A stretch of 64,000 nucleotides of DNA from Candidatus Latescibacterota bacterium. GTDB taxonomy: Bacteria > Latescibacterota > UBA2968 > UBA8231. A model generated the notes under the pieces. It saw only the letters and a list, made by a program, of their open reading frames with translations, was not told the DNA's origin and searched no databases. Below, piece by piece: positions 17,523 through 28,011 of the stretch. The stretch lies in the NCBI GenBank assembly GCA_965248355.1, contig OZ252098.1, forward strand, positions 5,216,001 through 5,280,000, given 5' to 3'. Each line of letters opens with the position of its first letter. The first letter of the stretch is position 1. The translations under genes were made by a program, and so were the position numbers.

Positions 17523-20378
17523 TCACGCCGCCAACCTCTCGTTCAGTTCCGCCATCAATGGCTTCAGTTCCTCGCGAAATAGCGCGTGAGCCCGCCCCAG
17601 GCTGCCCTGCTGTCCGAACCATCCAGCCTCGAAGTCTTCCCGCTCGATGGCGAGGCTGGTGGCGATATGCTCGGCCATGCGATCGAGCCATTCCCGCTGT
17701 TCGGCGGTGAAGGCGTTGTCCGCGTCCCGTGCCCGCAGCCAGGCCTGGTAGCGCTCGTGTAACTCCTTCCGATATGGGGCAAGTCTCCCGCTCGGGATCA
17801 GGGCGTGGCGCACGAGGTTGACGAGATCCGCGAGTTGGAATCCGCCTTGCCCCTCGACCTTGTCCGCCTCCACCGCCTCGAAGGCGCGCCACAATTGGAC
17901 GGGGGTGGCGGAGATGGGCGGCCGGACCAAGGCATCCTTCAGATCCCGCAGGTCCTTGAGCGACAGGTTGAGCGGCCGGGTTCCGGCGTAGAGCACCTGG
18001 AGCGCGGTCAGCTCATCCTTGTGTTCCTCGATCCAGGCGCGGAAGTCCTGCACCTTGGCCCGCGCCTTGTCGACGGCGGCGGCGTCGAAGCCGGAGTAGA
18101 GCACGTCGTCGATGGTGTGGCGGTCGATGGTCTGCTCGTTCTGTTGGCGGATCTCCAGGATGCGGCGGCGGAAGGCGGCGTTGAGGAAGGGGGTCGCCGC
18201 TTCCCGGGCGAGCTGCTTGCCGGCCTGCTCGATCTCCTCCTCGGTGGGGTGTTCTGTCCCGTGCTGCTCCTGGGCAGCCTTGAGCTGGGCCTCGGGGTCA
18301 CAGGCGTTGAGCAGATCGCGGGCGAGGTCGGGGAAGGTCTTGCCATCCGCCAGGCCCTTCAGCTCGGTGAGTTGTTGCGGCGTGAACTCCCTCTGCAGGC
18401 GGGCGAGCCGGCCGGCGAGCGTGCTCAGGGCGTCGGGATCGATGCCGCCCCGTGCGATGTAGCTGAGCACCTGCTCCAGGGTTCTCGACGGCTGGCGGTT
18501 CAGGGTCCGGGAATCGGTCTTGTCCTGCTCGCACACTCCCACCGCGTCCACGACGATGAAGCGGTCCTTGCCCTTGGCGCTCGGGGTGACGGCGCGGAGC
18601 TTGTCGGTCGAGATGACGCGGACTCCCCGGCCCTTCATCTGCTCGAAGAAGCCGGCCGACCTCACGTTGCGCATGAAGAACACGCACTCGATGGGCCGCA
18701 CGTCGGTGCCGGTGGAGATCATGTCCACGGTGACGGCGATGCGCGGGAAGAAGCTGTTGCGGAAGTTGGCGAGGATCTCGTCCGGGGTGAGGCTGGCGGT
18801 CTTCACCCATTCCGTCACCTCGGTCTCGGTGCCGTCCTCGTCGGTCACCGTCTTTGTGACCTGGGTGAAGCCGGTACGGTAGGTGATCTTCTGGCAGAAG
18901 TCGTTGCCCTCGCCGAACTCCTCGCGTGCGACGCGGACGATGTCGTCGGCGTGGGAATCGTCCTTGGCGAAGATCAGGGTCTTCGGCACCTCGTCGCGGT
19001 CCGGGAAGGCCTCCGGCAGCACCCCGTCTCGGAACTGCCGCAGCACCGTGCGGATCTGGCTCTCCGAGACCACGTCGCGGTCGAGCTGGTTGGCGGTGTA
19101 GGTGAGATCCTGGTTGAGCAGTTGCAGCCGTTCTCTGCGTGTCAGCCGGTTGCGCATGTCTACGTAGAGGCCGGTCTCATCGGCGGCGATGGTGGCGCCC
19201 TGCTCGGTGACCGCTGTCTGGATACGGTACACGTCGAAGTCCACGTTCACCCCGTCGACCACCGCCTCGTCATGGCCGTACTGCATGACGAGGTTCTGGT
19301 TGAAGAAGGCGATGGTGCGCCCGGTGGGGGTGGCGGTCAGGCCGATGAGGAAGGAATCGAAGTAGAGGAGCACCCGGCTCCAGAGGTCATATATCGAGCG
19401 GTGGCACTCGTCGACGATGATGAAGTCGAAGAACTCCGGCGGCACGGTAGCGTTGTAGGCCACGTCGGGGGGTTCGCCGCGCCAGGGCCCCGCGGACTCG
19501 AAGCCCGAGCCTTCCTCGTTGTCTGAGTCGTAGTCGGGTTCGCCTCGCAGCATCGAGTAGAGCCGCTGGATGGTGGTGATGACCACGTTGGCCGCGGGGT
19601 TGATCGAGTTGGCGGTGAGGCGGTGGACGGTATACAGCTCCGGGAATCTGCGCGGGTCGTCAGGCGGCGTGAAGTTGGCGAACTCGTCCTCGGCCTGCTT
19701 GCCGAGATTGGTGCGGTCCACCAGAAACAGGATGCGCTTGGCGCCGCCGTGCTTGAGCAGGCGATAGACGACGTTGACCGCGGCAAAGGTCTTGCCCGAC
19801 CCGGTGGCCATCTGCCCGGTGGCCATCTGGATGAGGGCCCGCTGATCGGCCTTGGCAAAGGACCGTTCGAGGTTGCGGATGGCGCGGGCCTGGACCGCCC
19901 ACAGGCGGGACTCGTCCAGGGGCGGCAATTCTCTCAGCTGCGCGCGCAAGGACGCGGGCTGCGTCATCCACGCCTGCAGCGTCTGGGGCCTCGGGAAGTT
20001 GAAGACCGGGCGGCTCCTCGGCACCGGGTCGAGCCCGTTCGTGAAGTAGGCTACGGACCCGTTGGCCTCGAACAGGAAGGGCAGGGGGATGCGATACACG
20101 GGGAGAGCTTCCGAAACGCCCGCGGCATACTTCGCCGACTGCGCCTCCACGCCGGTCAGGGTTCCCTCTGGCTTGGCTTCGATGGCGCCGGCGATCGTGC
20201 GGTCCACGTAGAGCAGGTAGTCGGCGGTGCCGAACCCGGGCTTCATCGGGAACTCGCGCACGGCGACGCCGGGGCCCGCGGAGAGGTCGAGCTCCTCCTG
20301 GTCCTGGACCAGCCAGCCCGCCGCCTCGAGGTTCGCGTCGATATCGCGGCGGGCGCGTTGCTCGGGAGTATCGCTCAT
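17523..20378 (-). CDS. hsdR: Type I restriction endonuclease subunit R (EcoAI/EcoEI-like)
   Basis: ADYLL...IEAK nuclease motif, MATGSGKT Walker A, DECH, GLTATP, TVDMISTGTD, QMKGRG. Confidence 0.95.
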   Translation of the reverse strand: MSDTPEQRARRDIDANLEAAGWLVQDQEELDLSAGPGVAVREFPMKPGFGTADYLLYVDRTIAGAIEAKPEGTLTGVEAQSAKYAAGVSEALPVYRIPLPFLFEANGSVAYFTNGLDPVPRSRPVFNFPRPQTLQAWMTQPASLRAQLRELPPLDESRLWAVQARAIRNLERSFAKADQRALIQMATGQMATGSGKTFAAVNVVYRLLKHGGAKRILFLVDRTNLGKQAEDEFANFTPPDDPRRFPELYTVHRLTANSINPAANVVITTIQRLYSMLRGEPDYDSDNEEGSGFESAGPWRGEPPDVAYNATVPPEFFDFIIVDECHRSIYDLWSRVLLYFDSFLIGLTATPTGRTIAFFNQNLVMQYGHDEAVVDGVNVDFDVYRIQTAVTEQGATIAADETGLYVDMRNRLTRRERLQLLNQDLTYTANQLDRDVVSESQIRTVLRQFRDGVLPEAFPDRDEVPKTLIFAKDDSHADDIVRVAREEFGEGNDFCQKITYRTGFTQVTKTVTDEDGTETEVTEWVKTASLTPDEILANFRNSFFPRIAVTVDMISTGTDVRPIECVFFMRNVRSAGFFEQMKGRGVRVISTDKLRAVTPSAKGKDRFIVVDAVGVCEQDKTDSRTLNRQPSRTLEQVLSYIARGGIDPDALSTLAGRLARLQREFTPQQLTELKGLADGKTFPDLARDLLNACDPEAQLKAAQEQHGTEHPTEEEIEQAGKQLAREAATPFLNAAFRRRILEIRQQNEQTIDRHTIDDVLYSGFDAAAVDKARAKVQDFRAWIEEHKDELTALQVLYAGTRPLNLSLKDLRDLKDALVRPPISATPVQLWRAFEAVEADKVEGQGGFQLADLVNLVRHALIPSGRLAPYRKELHERYQAWLRARDADNAFTAEQREWLDRMAEHIATSLAIEREDFEAGWFGQQGSLGRAHALFREELKPLMAELNERLAA
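19800..19829. repeat. Perfect 15-bp tandem duplication in hsdR motif I
   Basis: cccggtggccatctg x2, giving QMATG-QMATG-SGKT. Confidence 0.9.
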
Positions 20379-20507
20379 GTCACTTTGGGCCAGGGCCTGC
20401 GCAAGGGCTCGGATATCGTTGAGGATCTGCTTCGGACACCTGATCTATAATGGTCCACCGATACACTTGGTCAACCCGGGTCGGCCCCTGAGCCCGGACC
20501 CCCGCCC

Positions 20508-20536
20508 TTGCATGGCCGTCCTCCCCGGGGTAGTCT
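20508..20536 (+). promoter_or_regulatory. Putative sigma70 promoter for the 20568-23804 genes
   Basis: TTGCAT-N17-TAGTCT, about 30 bp upstream of ATG 20568. Confidence 0.5.
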
Positions 20537-20567
20537 TGCCCGCCCGGAATCCAAACGGAGAAGAAGG

Positions 20568-21560
20568 ATGAACAGAGTGCGCATGGCCCAGCTGGGCACC
20601 GGCCACGGCCACGCGGCGGGCAAGATGCGCTCCATGAGGAGCAGCCCTCAGGTCGAGGTCGCCGGAGTCTGCGAGCCCGACGAGGAGGAGCGGCGCGGGG
20701 CCGAGAGCAACCCCGTGTACCAGGGCCTGCGCTGGTACGAGAGCGCCGAGGAGATGCTCGGCGACGACAGCATCGACGCCGTCGCCTCGGAGGGGCGCAA
20801 CTCCCAGAGCCTCGATCAGACCGGGCAGATCGTCGCCGCGGGCCGGCACGTGTGGTACGACAAGCCCGCCGGAGACGACTACGGGCAGTGGCAGCGCGTC
20901 CTCGACCACGCCCGCGAGCAGGGCCTGCACGTGCAGATGGGGTACATGCTGCGCTACAACCCGATCTTCGCGCAGGTGACGGAATGGGCTCGCTCGGGGT
21001 TCCTCGGGGACGTCTTCGCCGTGCGCGCCCACATGTCGACCAGCGTCCCCGCCGAGGCCCGCGAGCGCATCTCCGAGGCCCATGCCGGCGGCGTCCACTA
21101 CGATCTCGCCGGCCACATGCTCGACCTGATCGTCTGGATGCTGGGCCGCCCGACGCGTGTGACCGCCTTCCTGCGCAACGACACGGGACAGGTCCCCGCC
21201 TTCAGCGACAACACCCTCGGGGTCTACGAGTTCGACCGGGCCATGGCCATCGTCGACATCGCCGCCATGGAGACGGCGCCCATGGCGCGCCGCTTCGAGG
21301 TCTACGGCACCCGGGGCAGCGCCATCATCCTGGAGCCCTTCGAGCCGGGCCACGCCGTGCGGCTCTGCCTCGACGAGGATCGCGGCGGCTACCGCAAGGG
21401 CGAGCAGATCGTCGAGCTCGAGGGCCGTGATCGCCAGAGCTGCTACGACCAGGAGCTGGCGGCCTTCCTGGCGACGATCGCCGGCGACCAGGAGCCGGAC
21501 CGGCCCTGGGAGCACGAGCTGCTGGTGCAGGAGACGCTCCTGAGAGGGACCCGCGGCTGA
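20568..21560 (+). CDS. Gfo/Idh/MocA family oxidoreductase
   Basis: LGTGHGH N-terminal Rossmann region, HVWYDKP, GYMLRYNP, GGVHYDLAGHMLD. Confidence 0.9.
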   Translation: MNRVRMAQLGTGHGHAAGKMRSMRSSPQVEVAGVCEPDEEERRGAESNPVYQGLRWYESAEEMLGDDSIDAVASEGRNSQSLDQTGQIVAAGRHVWYDKPAGDDYGQWQRVLDHAREQGLHVQMGYMLRYNPIFAQVTEWARSGFLGDVFAVRAHMSTSVPAEARERISEAHAGGVHYDLAGHMLDLIVWMLGRPTRVTAFLRNDTGQVPAFSDNTLGVYEFDRAMAIVDIAAMETAPMARRFEVYGTRGSAIILEPFEPGHAVRLCLDEDRGGYRKGEQIVELEGRDRQSCYDQELAAFLATIAGDQEPDRPWEHELLVQETLLRGTRG

Positions 21561-21618
21561 CCGCGGGTCCGCTTCCCGGCGCCCGCCGGGAGATCCACAC
21601 GCGACAGGGAGGACGCAG

Positions 21619-22557
21619 ATGTCGAGCCGCCGGGTCTACTTCAACGGGGAGTTCGTCGCCGAGGACGAAGCCCGCATCTCCATCTTCGACTCGGCCCTGA
21701 TGTTCGGCGACATGGTCTTCGAGATGACGCGCACCTTCGGGCAGGAGCCCTACCGGCTGCGCGATCATCTCGAGCGCCTCTACGCCTCCATCGACTACGC
21801 CGAAATCGACCTGGAGATGACCATCGACGAGATGGAGGAGGCCACGTACGCCACCATCGAGCGCAACCGCGAGGCCCTCGGCGAATACGACTTCCAGATC
21901 ATGCACGACGTGACGCGCGGCGTCCTCGGGCTCTACGCCGAGCTGGTGCCCGAGGGGGACAGCCCCCTCGTGACGATCAACGTCATCCCCCTGGTCCGAC
22001 ACATCGGGGGCATGGCGGAGAAGTACGAGTCGGGAGCCCACTTCATCATCCCCCAGCAACAGTCGGTGCCGGCGCGCTACATCGACCCGAAGGTGAAGAG
22101 CCGCAGCCGCATCTTCTACAAGCGCGCCGAGCTGCAGGTGGGCCGCATGGAGGAGGGGGCCATGGCCCTGCTCACCGACGAGCGCGGCTTCGTCACCGAG
22201 GGCACGGGCAACAACTTCTTCATGGTCAAGGACGGGCAGATCCTGACGCCCCGGCCCCACGACATCCTGCGCGGCATCTCCCGCGGCGTCTGCATGGAGC
22301 TGGCGGAAAAGCTCGGCCGTCCCGTGGTCGAGGCCGACCTGGAGCCCTACGACGTGCGCGCCGCCGAGGAGGCCTGGTTCACGAGCACCACCATCTGCAT
22401 GGTGCCGGTGACGCGCTTCGACTTCCGCCCCGTGGGGGACGGCCGTCCCGGGCCCGTGTACCGGCAGCTCCTCGACGCCTGGTCGGCCGAGGTGGGCGTC
22501 GACATCTCCGGCCAGGCGCGGGAGTACGCCGAGCGGGCCCGGACCTGGATCCCCTGA
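21619..22557 (+). CDS. Class IV PLP aminotransferase (BCAT/D-AAT-like)
   Basis: ISIFDSALMFGDMVFE, HLERL, TEGTGNNFF, ILRGISR, EAWFTST. Confidence 0.9.
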   Translation: MSSRRVYFNGEFVAEDEARISIFDSALMFGDMVFEMTRTFGQEPYRLRDHLERLYASIDYAEIDLEMTIDEMEEATYATIERNREALGEYDFQIMHDVTRGVLGLYAELVPEGDSPLVTINVIPLVRHIGGMAEKYESGAHFIIPQQQSVPARYIDPKVKSRSRIFYKRAELQVGRMEEGAMALLTDERGFVTEGTGNNFFMVKDGQILTPRPHDILRGISRGVCMELAEKLGRPVVEADLEPYDVRAAEEAWFTSTTICMVPVTRFDFRPVGDGRPGPVYRQLLDAWSAEVGVDISGQAREYAERARTWIP

Positions 22558-22583
22558 CCCGTCAGGCAGAGAGGGGCGGCCCC

Positions 22584-23804
22584 GTGGGGGAGTCCCGCTA
22601 CGAGTTCGAGCCCTTCCGCCCCGGCGCCTTCGAGGTCCCCGTGACGCGGGTGACGCCGAGGGACGGTCCGTATGTCCACACCTACTACGACATCTGCCCT
22701 TTCAGCCCCTCCCAGCGCTACCTGGCCGCAACGCGACTGCCTTTCCAGGACCGAGTGCCCGTCCTCGGTGACGAGGCGCAGATCTGCGTCATCGACCTGC
22801 GGGAGCAGTCCATCCGCACCGTCGCCACCACCCGCTGCTGGGGCTTCCAGACCGGGGCGCTGCTGAACTGGGGAGCCACCGACCGCCGCCTCTACACCAA
22901 CGACGTCGTCGACGGCGAGGCCCGTTGCGTGCGCCTCGATCTCGCCTCCGGGGAGAGGACGGTCTTCGCCGGGCCCATGTACCACATCGCCCCGGACGAG
23001 TCCTGCGTCATCGGGTTTCCCCTGGAGCTGCTGGACGCCACCCAGCCGGGGTACGGCGTGCCCTGCGCCGATCCCCTCCACCCCCGGCGGCTGCCCCCCG
23101 GGGCGGCCTCCGACGAGGGCCTCTGGCGCACCGACCTGGCCACGGGCGAGCGCACCCTGCTGGTGAGCCTGGCGGAGGTGGCCGCGCGGCTGCCGCGTCC
23201 GCTGCCCCGGGAGGACGGCACCTTCTACTTCTGGCACTCCAAGTTCAACCGCCAGGGCACGGGCATCATGCAGGTCCTGCGCTGCCTCTTCCCGGACGGC
23301 TCGGGGGGGAGGAACCCGGCCACCTTCGCCATGGACGCCGACGGCGGCAACCTCCGCTTTCTGCCCTTCGACTCTCCCTGGAACGCCGGCGGAGGGCATC
23401 CGAACTGGCACGGGGACGGAGAGCACGTGGTCCGCAACGTGGAGGAGGGGGGCGCCATCCGCTACTGCCAGGTGCGCCGCGACGGCACCGGCCGCCGGCT
23501 GCTGAGCGATACCCTGGAGGGGGGCGGCCATCCGAGCGTGGAGCCCTCGGGCCGCTACTTGATCACGGACTACCTCGCCGGCAAGGTTGGGCAGGAGGTG
23601 GTGCTGCGTCTCGCGGATCTCCACGCGCAGGAGCAGCGCGGCCTGTGCTCCCTGCCGACGATCGACCAGCGCTCCCTGGAGCAGCGGCCCCTGCGCCTGG
23701 ACGGCCACCCGGTCTGGAGCCGGGACTACCGGAAGGTCTGCTTCCAGGCGGCTCCGGAGGGGGTGCGTCAGCTCTTCGTGGCGGATCTGTCCGGGATTTT
23801 CTGA
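22584..23804 (+). CDS. TolB/oligogalacturonate-lyase-like beta-propeller protein
   Basis: YYDICPFSP, CWGFQTGA, GGHPNW, GGHPS, RLDGHPVWSRD repeats. Confidence 0.6.
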   Translation: MGESRYEFEPFRPGAFEVPVTRVTPRDGPYVHTYYDICPFSPSQRYLAATRLPFQDRVPVLGDEAQICVIDLREQSIRTVATTRCWGFQTGALLNWGATDRRLYTNDVVDGEARCVRLDLASGERTVFAGPMYHIAPDESCVIGFPLELLDATQPGYGVPCADPLHPRRLPPGAASDEGLWRTDLATGERTLLVSLAEVAARLPRPLPREDGTFYFWHSKFNRQGTGIMQVLRCLFPDGSGGRNPATFAMDADGGNLRFLPFDSPWNAGGGHPNWHGDGEHVVRNVEEGGAIRYCQVRRDGTGRRLLSDTLEGGGHPSVEPSGRYLITDYLAGKVGQEVVLRLADLHAQEQRGLCSLPTIDQRSLEQRPLRLDGHPVWSRDYRKVCFQAAPEGVRQLFVADLSGIF

Positions 23805-23891
23805 ACGCTACCGCGGCGCTCGGCCGCCATGAGGGGGATGCGCCAACTCTGTCCGCCGACGGTAGCGCGACGGCAGACCGCGCGCGGGCCC

Positions 23892-26603
23892 TCAGCGGCT
23901 GTGCTGCACCCGCACCTCGCGCACCCGGGGGGTGCAGCCGCCATTGACCGCCCCCAACGCCAGCCGGTACTGGATCCACCGCCCCCGCGTGGCCCCCTCA
24001 GGCACCCCCTCCCCTCGTTCCAGCCACTCCTCCTGCCGGCCGCTGGTCCACGGCGCCGTCTCCAGCCCCTCGGGTGAGGAGGCGCTGCGCAGCTGGGCCC
24101 GCACCCAGGTCTTCGGCGGCAGCTCCGCCTCCCAGTCCAGGCGCCGCACCCGCGCCCCCTCGGGCAGGTGGTACGGCTCGGAGACGTAGTACTCCTGCTC
24201 GGAGTTGTCCGTCATGTTGCGGGTCTGGGCGAAGGCGAGGTCGTGGGGTCCCGAGGTGGGCAGGCGGGTGCAGCGTTCCTCGGAGAACCCCTGCGGGCCG
24301 TTCCAGTAGACGAAGGATTCGCCCACGTGATCGCCGAAGGTCTTGTGGTTGGCGATGGCGATGTCCACGTAGCCGTTGCCGTTGAAGTCGGCGGCCAGGC
24401 AGCCGGCCGAGGAGTGGGCCCGGAGCCGCGTGAAGTCGCCGGGGCGGAAGCCGGTCTCGCGGTTGCCCCAGTAGATGAGGGCGTCCACGTCGCGCTCGAC
24501 GGTGCTCGTGTACCCGCAGCAGAGCAGGTCGGGGACGCCGTCGCCGTTGAAGTCGGCCACCGCCACCCGGTGCCCGGTGTTGCAGGGCAGCTGCGTCTGG
24601 CGGTCGGCGCGCAGGCCCTCCGGACCGTTCCAGAAGATGTGGTTGAAGGAGTCGTGGGGCTGGCCGAAGGTCGGCTTGCCGCCGCCGAGCAGGAGGTCGG
24701 GCCAGCCGTTGCCGGTGAGGTCGTGGGCCACGGGGTAGCCGGAGATGTTGGAGGTGGGCAGCGTCCACCTCCGCTCGGTGCTGAACCCGTCGGGGCCGCC
24801 GCGCAGGATCACCAGGCGGTTCAGGCCGGTGCCGGAGATGACCAGGTCCAGCCAGCCGTCGAGGTCGAAGTCGGCCAGGGCCAGCCGCCGCGGCGGGATG
24901 TAGTCGCCGGGCCCCTCCAGCACCGTCAGCACCTGCGGCGAGTCCAGGTCGAAGCCGCCCGGAGCGCCGCGGTAGATGTGGATCTCCGGCCTGTGGAAGT
25001 GGGAGATCACCAGGTCGAGGTAGCCGTCGCGGTCGAGGTCGGCCATGGCGGCGAACCAGCCGTAGCGCGTGGGGATGACCAGGTCGGGATCGTTGCGGAA
25101 GCCGTCCGGCCCGCCGCGGTAGAGGTAGGAGCCGGCGTCGAGGTGGATGGCGTTCTCCCAGCTGTTGATGAACAGGAGGTCCGCCCAGCCGTCGTCGTCC
25201 ACGTCGCAGGCCAGGGCCCCGGCGGTGCCGGGGCTGCGCAGCTCGGCGCGGCGTTCGGGCGAGAACCCGTCCGGCCCGCCGTAGTAGAGGTAGCTGTCCA
25301 CGGCCTGGTCGGCGCGCCGGCCCTCGGCGTTGGCGAATACCACCTGGGGCAGGGGATCGTCGGAGAACCGGGCGGCCAGCACCCGCCGGGCGCCGTGGAC
25401 GGGCAGCCGCACCGGCTCGCCGAGCCTGCGGGCGCCCCCGGCGAAGGCCAGGGAATCGACGCTGAAGAGCCGGGCCGTCCGCTGCTGGCAGATCACCAGA
25501 TCGCTGGCGCCGTCGCCGCTCAGGTCGGCCAGCACCGCGTCGCAGGCGCGGTGGCTGGGCACCGCCAGGCGGGCGTCTTCGGAGAACCCGCCCTCGCCGC
25601 CGAAGTAGAGCCAGCTGCACTCGCTGCCGCCGTCGATGTCGCGGCAGGCGAAGGCCAGGTCGGGCCGCCCGTCGCCGTCGAAGTCGCCGGCGGCCACGGA
25701 CAGGGCGTTCCGGCAGGCGAAGGCCAGGGGCCGGCCGAAGGCGCGGTCCTCGACCACGGGCACCAGGAACTGGGACGGGCCGCCCGCCACGAAGAGCAGC
25801 CGCTCGCCGGCGATCTGGAGCGTGATCGCCACCGGCGCCACCGGCCCCACCCGCTCCTCCTCGGAGAGCAGCTCGGTCTCGGCCAGGCCGGGCGGCTCCC
25901 AGCCCTCCGGCGCCGGCACCTCCGTGCAGCGGTCCGGATCGATCCCGTTCTCGCCGCCCCAGTAGATGCGGGGCGGCCGGTCGCCGGCGGTGACGATCAG
26001 TTCCGCGAAGCCGTCGCCGTCCAGGTCGGCGGCCCCGAGCTGCACGCCCTCGATCCCGGTGTCGACGTACCTCTTGGCCTCGATGCCCAGCTCGGTCTGA
26101 TGGAACAGGCGCACTTGGCCCTCGGTCATGAAGGCCAGGTCGATCCGTCCGTCGCCGTCGAAGTCGCCGGCGGCCACGGAGGTGCACTTGTGGGCGGGCA
26201 CCAGCGTCTGGTAGCGCTCGCTCAACCCCTCGGGCGAGCCGAAATAGATGTTGGCGTTCAGGCGCCCGGCGTTGCCGCTCTTCTCGTTGCCGATGACCAG
26301 GTCGGCGTAGCCGTCGCCGCTGATGTCGGCCACCGCCGCCGTGGGGCTGCCGCCGGCGGGCAGTTCCGTGAGGCGGCATTCCCCGAAAACGTCGTGATAC
26401 ACGAAGGCCGGCGGCGCCTCCATGTGCACCTGGGCGTTGCAGAACAGCAGGTCCACGTAGCCGTCGCGGTTGAAGTCCAGATGGTGGATGCGCTGCAGAA
26501 CGCCGGCGCGCGAGACGTAGAGGTTCTGTCCGGCGTTGCCGAAGGTCCCGCGCCGGAAGGCCTCGAAGCCGCGGGTGACCCAGACGTCGTCGTGTGGTGG
26601 CAT
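23892..26603 (-). CDS. FG-GAP/VCBS repeat beta-propeller protein
   Basis: Many DxDGDGxxDL motifs (DFNRDGYVDL, DFDGDGRIDL, DLDGDGFAEL, DLDRDGYLDL, DFNGNGYVDI) alternating with (I/L)YWG/YFG segments. Confidence 0.85.
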   Translation of the reverse strand: MPPHDDVWVTRGFEAFRRGTFGNAGQNLYVSRAGVLQRIHHLDFNRDGYVDLLFCNAQVHMEAPPAFVYHDVFGECRLTELPAGGSPTAAVADISGDGYADLVIGNEKSGNAGRLNANIYFGSPEGLSERYQTLVPAHKCTSVAAGDFDGDGRIDLAFMTEGQVRLFHQTELGIEAKRYVDTGIEGVQLGAADLDGDGFAELIVTAGDRPPRIYWGGENGIDPDRCTEVPAPEGWEPPGLAETELLSEEERVGPVAPVAITLQIAGERLLFVAGGPSQFLVPVVEDRAFGRPLAFACRNALSVAAGDFDGDGRPDLAFACRDIDGGSECSWLYFGGEGGFSEDARLAVPSHRACDAVLADLSGDGASDLVICQQRTARLFSVDSLAFAGGARRLGEPVRLPVHGARRVLAARFSDDPLPQVVFANAEGRRADQAVDSYLYYGGPDGFSPERRAELRSPGTAGALACDVDDDGWADLLFINSWENAIHLDAGSYLYRGGPDGFRNDPDLVIPTRYGWFAAMADLDRDGYLDLVISHFHRPEIHIYRGAPGGFDLDSPQVLTVLEGPGDYIPPRRLALADFDLDGWLDLVISGTGLNRLVILRGGPDGFSTERRWTLPTSNISGYPVAHDLTGNGWPDLLLGGGKPTFGQPHDSFNHIFWNGPEGLRADRQTQLPCNTGHRVAVADFNGDGVPDLLCCGYTSTVERDVDALIYWGNRETGFRPGDFTRLRAHSSAGCLAADFNGNGYVDIAIANHKTFGDHVGESFVYWNGPQGFSEERCTRLPTSGPHDLAFAQTRNMTDNSEQEYYVSEPYHLPEGARVRRLDWEAELPPKTWVRAQLRSASSPEGLETAPWTSGRQEEWLERGEGVPEGATRGRWIQYRLALGAVNGGCTPRVREVRVQHSR

Positions 26604-26612
26604 GAAGGTCCT

Positions 26613-27971
26613 CTAGCCGATGGCGAAGGAGTAGAGACGGGCCGATCGCAGGTAGAGTTTGAGGCGCACCGGCCGGCCCTTCAGTGCGTCGAGCTGCTGA
26701 TGGGCGCGCCAGGTGACGCGGTGGCGCACCGAGTCGCCGTCCACGGGGGCGCAGTCGATCTTGCGGTAGCCGGCCAGCTCCCGGCCCTCCGGGTCGAGCA
26801 CGGCCACCGCCGCCTCGCCGCCGCGGGCGTCGATGTTGAGGAGCAGCGGCCCCCCGGCGCAGAGGAAGGGCCGGGTGAGCACGGTGCCGCCGGACTCGCC
26901 GGCGTCGACGGAGACGAAGCCGTCCTGGCGCAGGCGGGCCAGGCAGATCGTCCCCACGCCTCTCCCCGTTCCGTGCTCGGCGTCGTAGGCGCCGTAGTAG
27001 AACCACAACTCGTCGCCTACCGTGACGGGGTCCTTGGCCGTGAACACCATCCCGCGGTCGACGCTGCCCGGCGGGCCCAGGGGGAGGAAGGGCCGACGGT
27101 CGCCGAGGCGCTCCCACCGGCGGCCGTCGCGGCTGGCCGCCAGTTGCACGTCGATGCGGCCGCCCTTGCGGCTCGGCGCTTCCTCCGGATAGGCGTGGAA
27201 GGCCCAGGGCAGGCCCAGGTAGAGCCCCTCGTGGAGGAAGACGGACATGCCGTAGATCTCCAGGCCCGGCGGATCCTCCCCATCCGGGGCGAGGACCACC
27301 TCCGGCGCCGACCAGCTCACGAAGTCCTCGCTCACCGACCGGCCGATCACCCGGACGACGCCCTCGCCGGAGCGCTCCACGGCGCGGGGATAGGCCACGT
27401 AGCGGCCCAGCGCCTCGTCCCAGCCCAGCAGGTTGTGGGTGTCGCCCGTCTCCCGGATCACCGGGTTGCCGCCGTACCGGGTCCAGTGGAGGCCGTCGGG
27501 GGAGAACGCCACCGACACGTGGGCCACCCCCCGCTCCCGCTTTACCGTCCGGTCCCAGTAGAGCATCTTGTAGCGCCGCTCCGGGTCCGGATCCCGCGGG
27601 TCCTCCATCACGTTGGGCAGGCAGACCTCGTCCAGCACCACGTTGTTGTCCTTGTTCCCGCCGACGTCGACGATCCCCAGGGCCGGCTTCTCCCAGAAGA
27701 CCCCGTCTCGCGAGGTGGCGTACGAGGCGACGTAGGGCGTGGGGCCACGGCCCTGGTACCACATGCGGAAGAGGCTCTCCCCGGGATCGAAGAGGACGGC
27801 GCCGTAGATGGTGACGGCGCGCTCCATGGGGAAGGTGGGATGGATGACCGGGTTGCCCACGTACTTCGCCGGCTGGTGCATGACCCGCTCGACGCCGCCG
27901 CTCTCCTCCACCACCTGGTCATCGATGAAGAGCTGGCGGCGGCCCTCCAGATCGAGCGGGGCGCCGGTCAT
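26613..27971 (-). CDS. Five-bladed beta-propeller glycosidase-like protein (GH32/43/130 clan-like)
   Basis: RQLFIDD, FRMWY, YATSRDGVFWEKP, SPDGLHW, QLAASRDGRRW, LRQDGFVS. Confidence 0.7.
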   Translation of the reverse strand: MTGAPLDLEGRRQLFIDDQVVEESGGVERVMHQPAKYVGNPVIHPTFPMERAVTIYGAVLFDPGESLFRMWYQGRGPTPYVASYATSRDGVFWEKPALGIVDVGGNKDNNVVLDEVCLPNVMEDPRDPDPERRYKMLYWDRTVKRERGVAHVSVAFSPDGLHWTRYGGNPVIRETGDTHNLLGWDEALGRYVAYPRAVERSGEGVVRVIGRSVSEDFVSWSAPEVVLAPDGEDPPGLEIYGMSVFLHEGLYLGLPWAFHAYPEEAPSRKGGRIDVQLAASRDGRRWERLGDRRPFLPLGPPGSVDRGMVFTAKDPVTVGDELWFYYGAYDAEHGTGRGVGTICLARLRQDGFVSVDAGESGGTVLTRPFLCAGGPLLLNIDARGGEAAVAVLDPEGRELAGYRKIDCAPVDGDSVRHRVTWRAHQQLDALKGRPVRLKLYLRSARLYSFAIG

Positions 27972-28011
27972 GTCGTTGGCCGGTGCGTCCGCCGGCCGGG
28001 CGCCGGACGAC

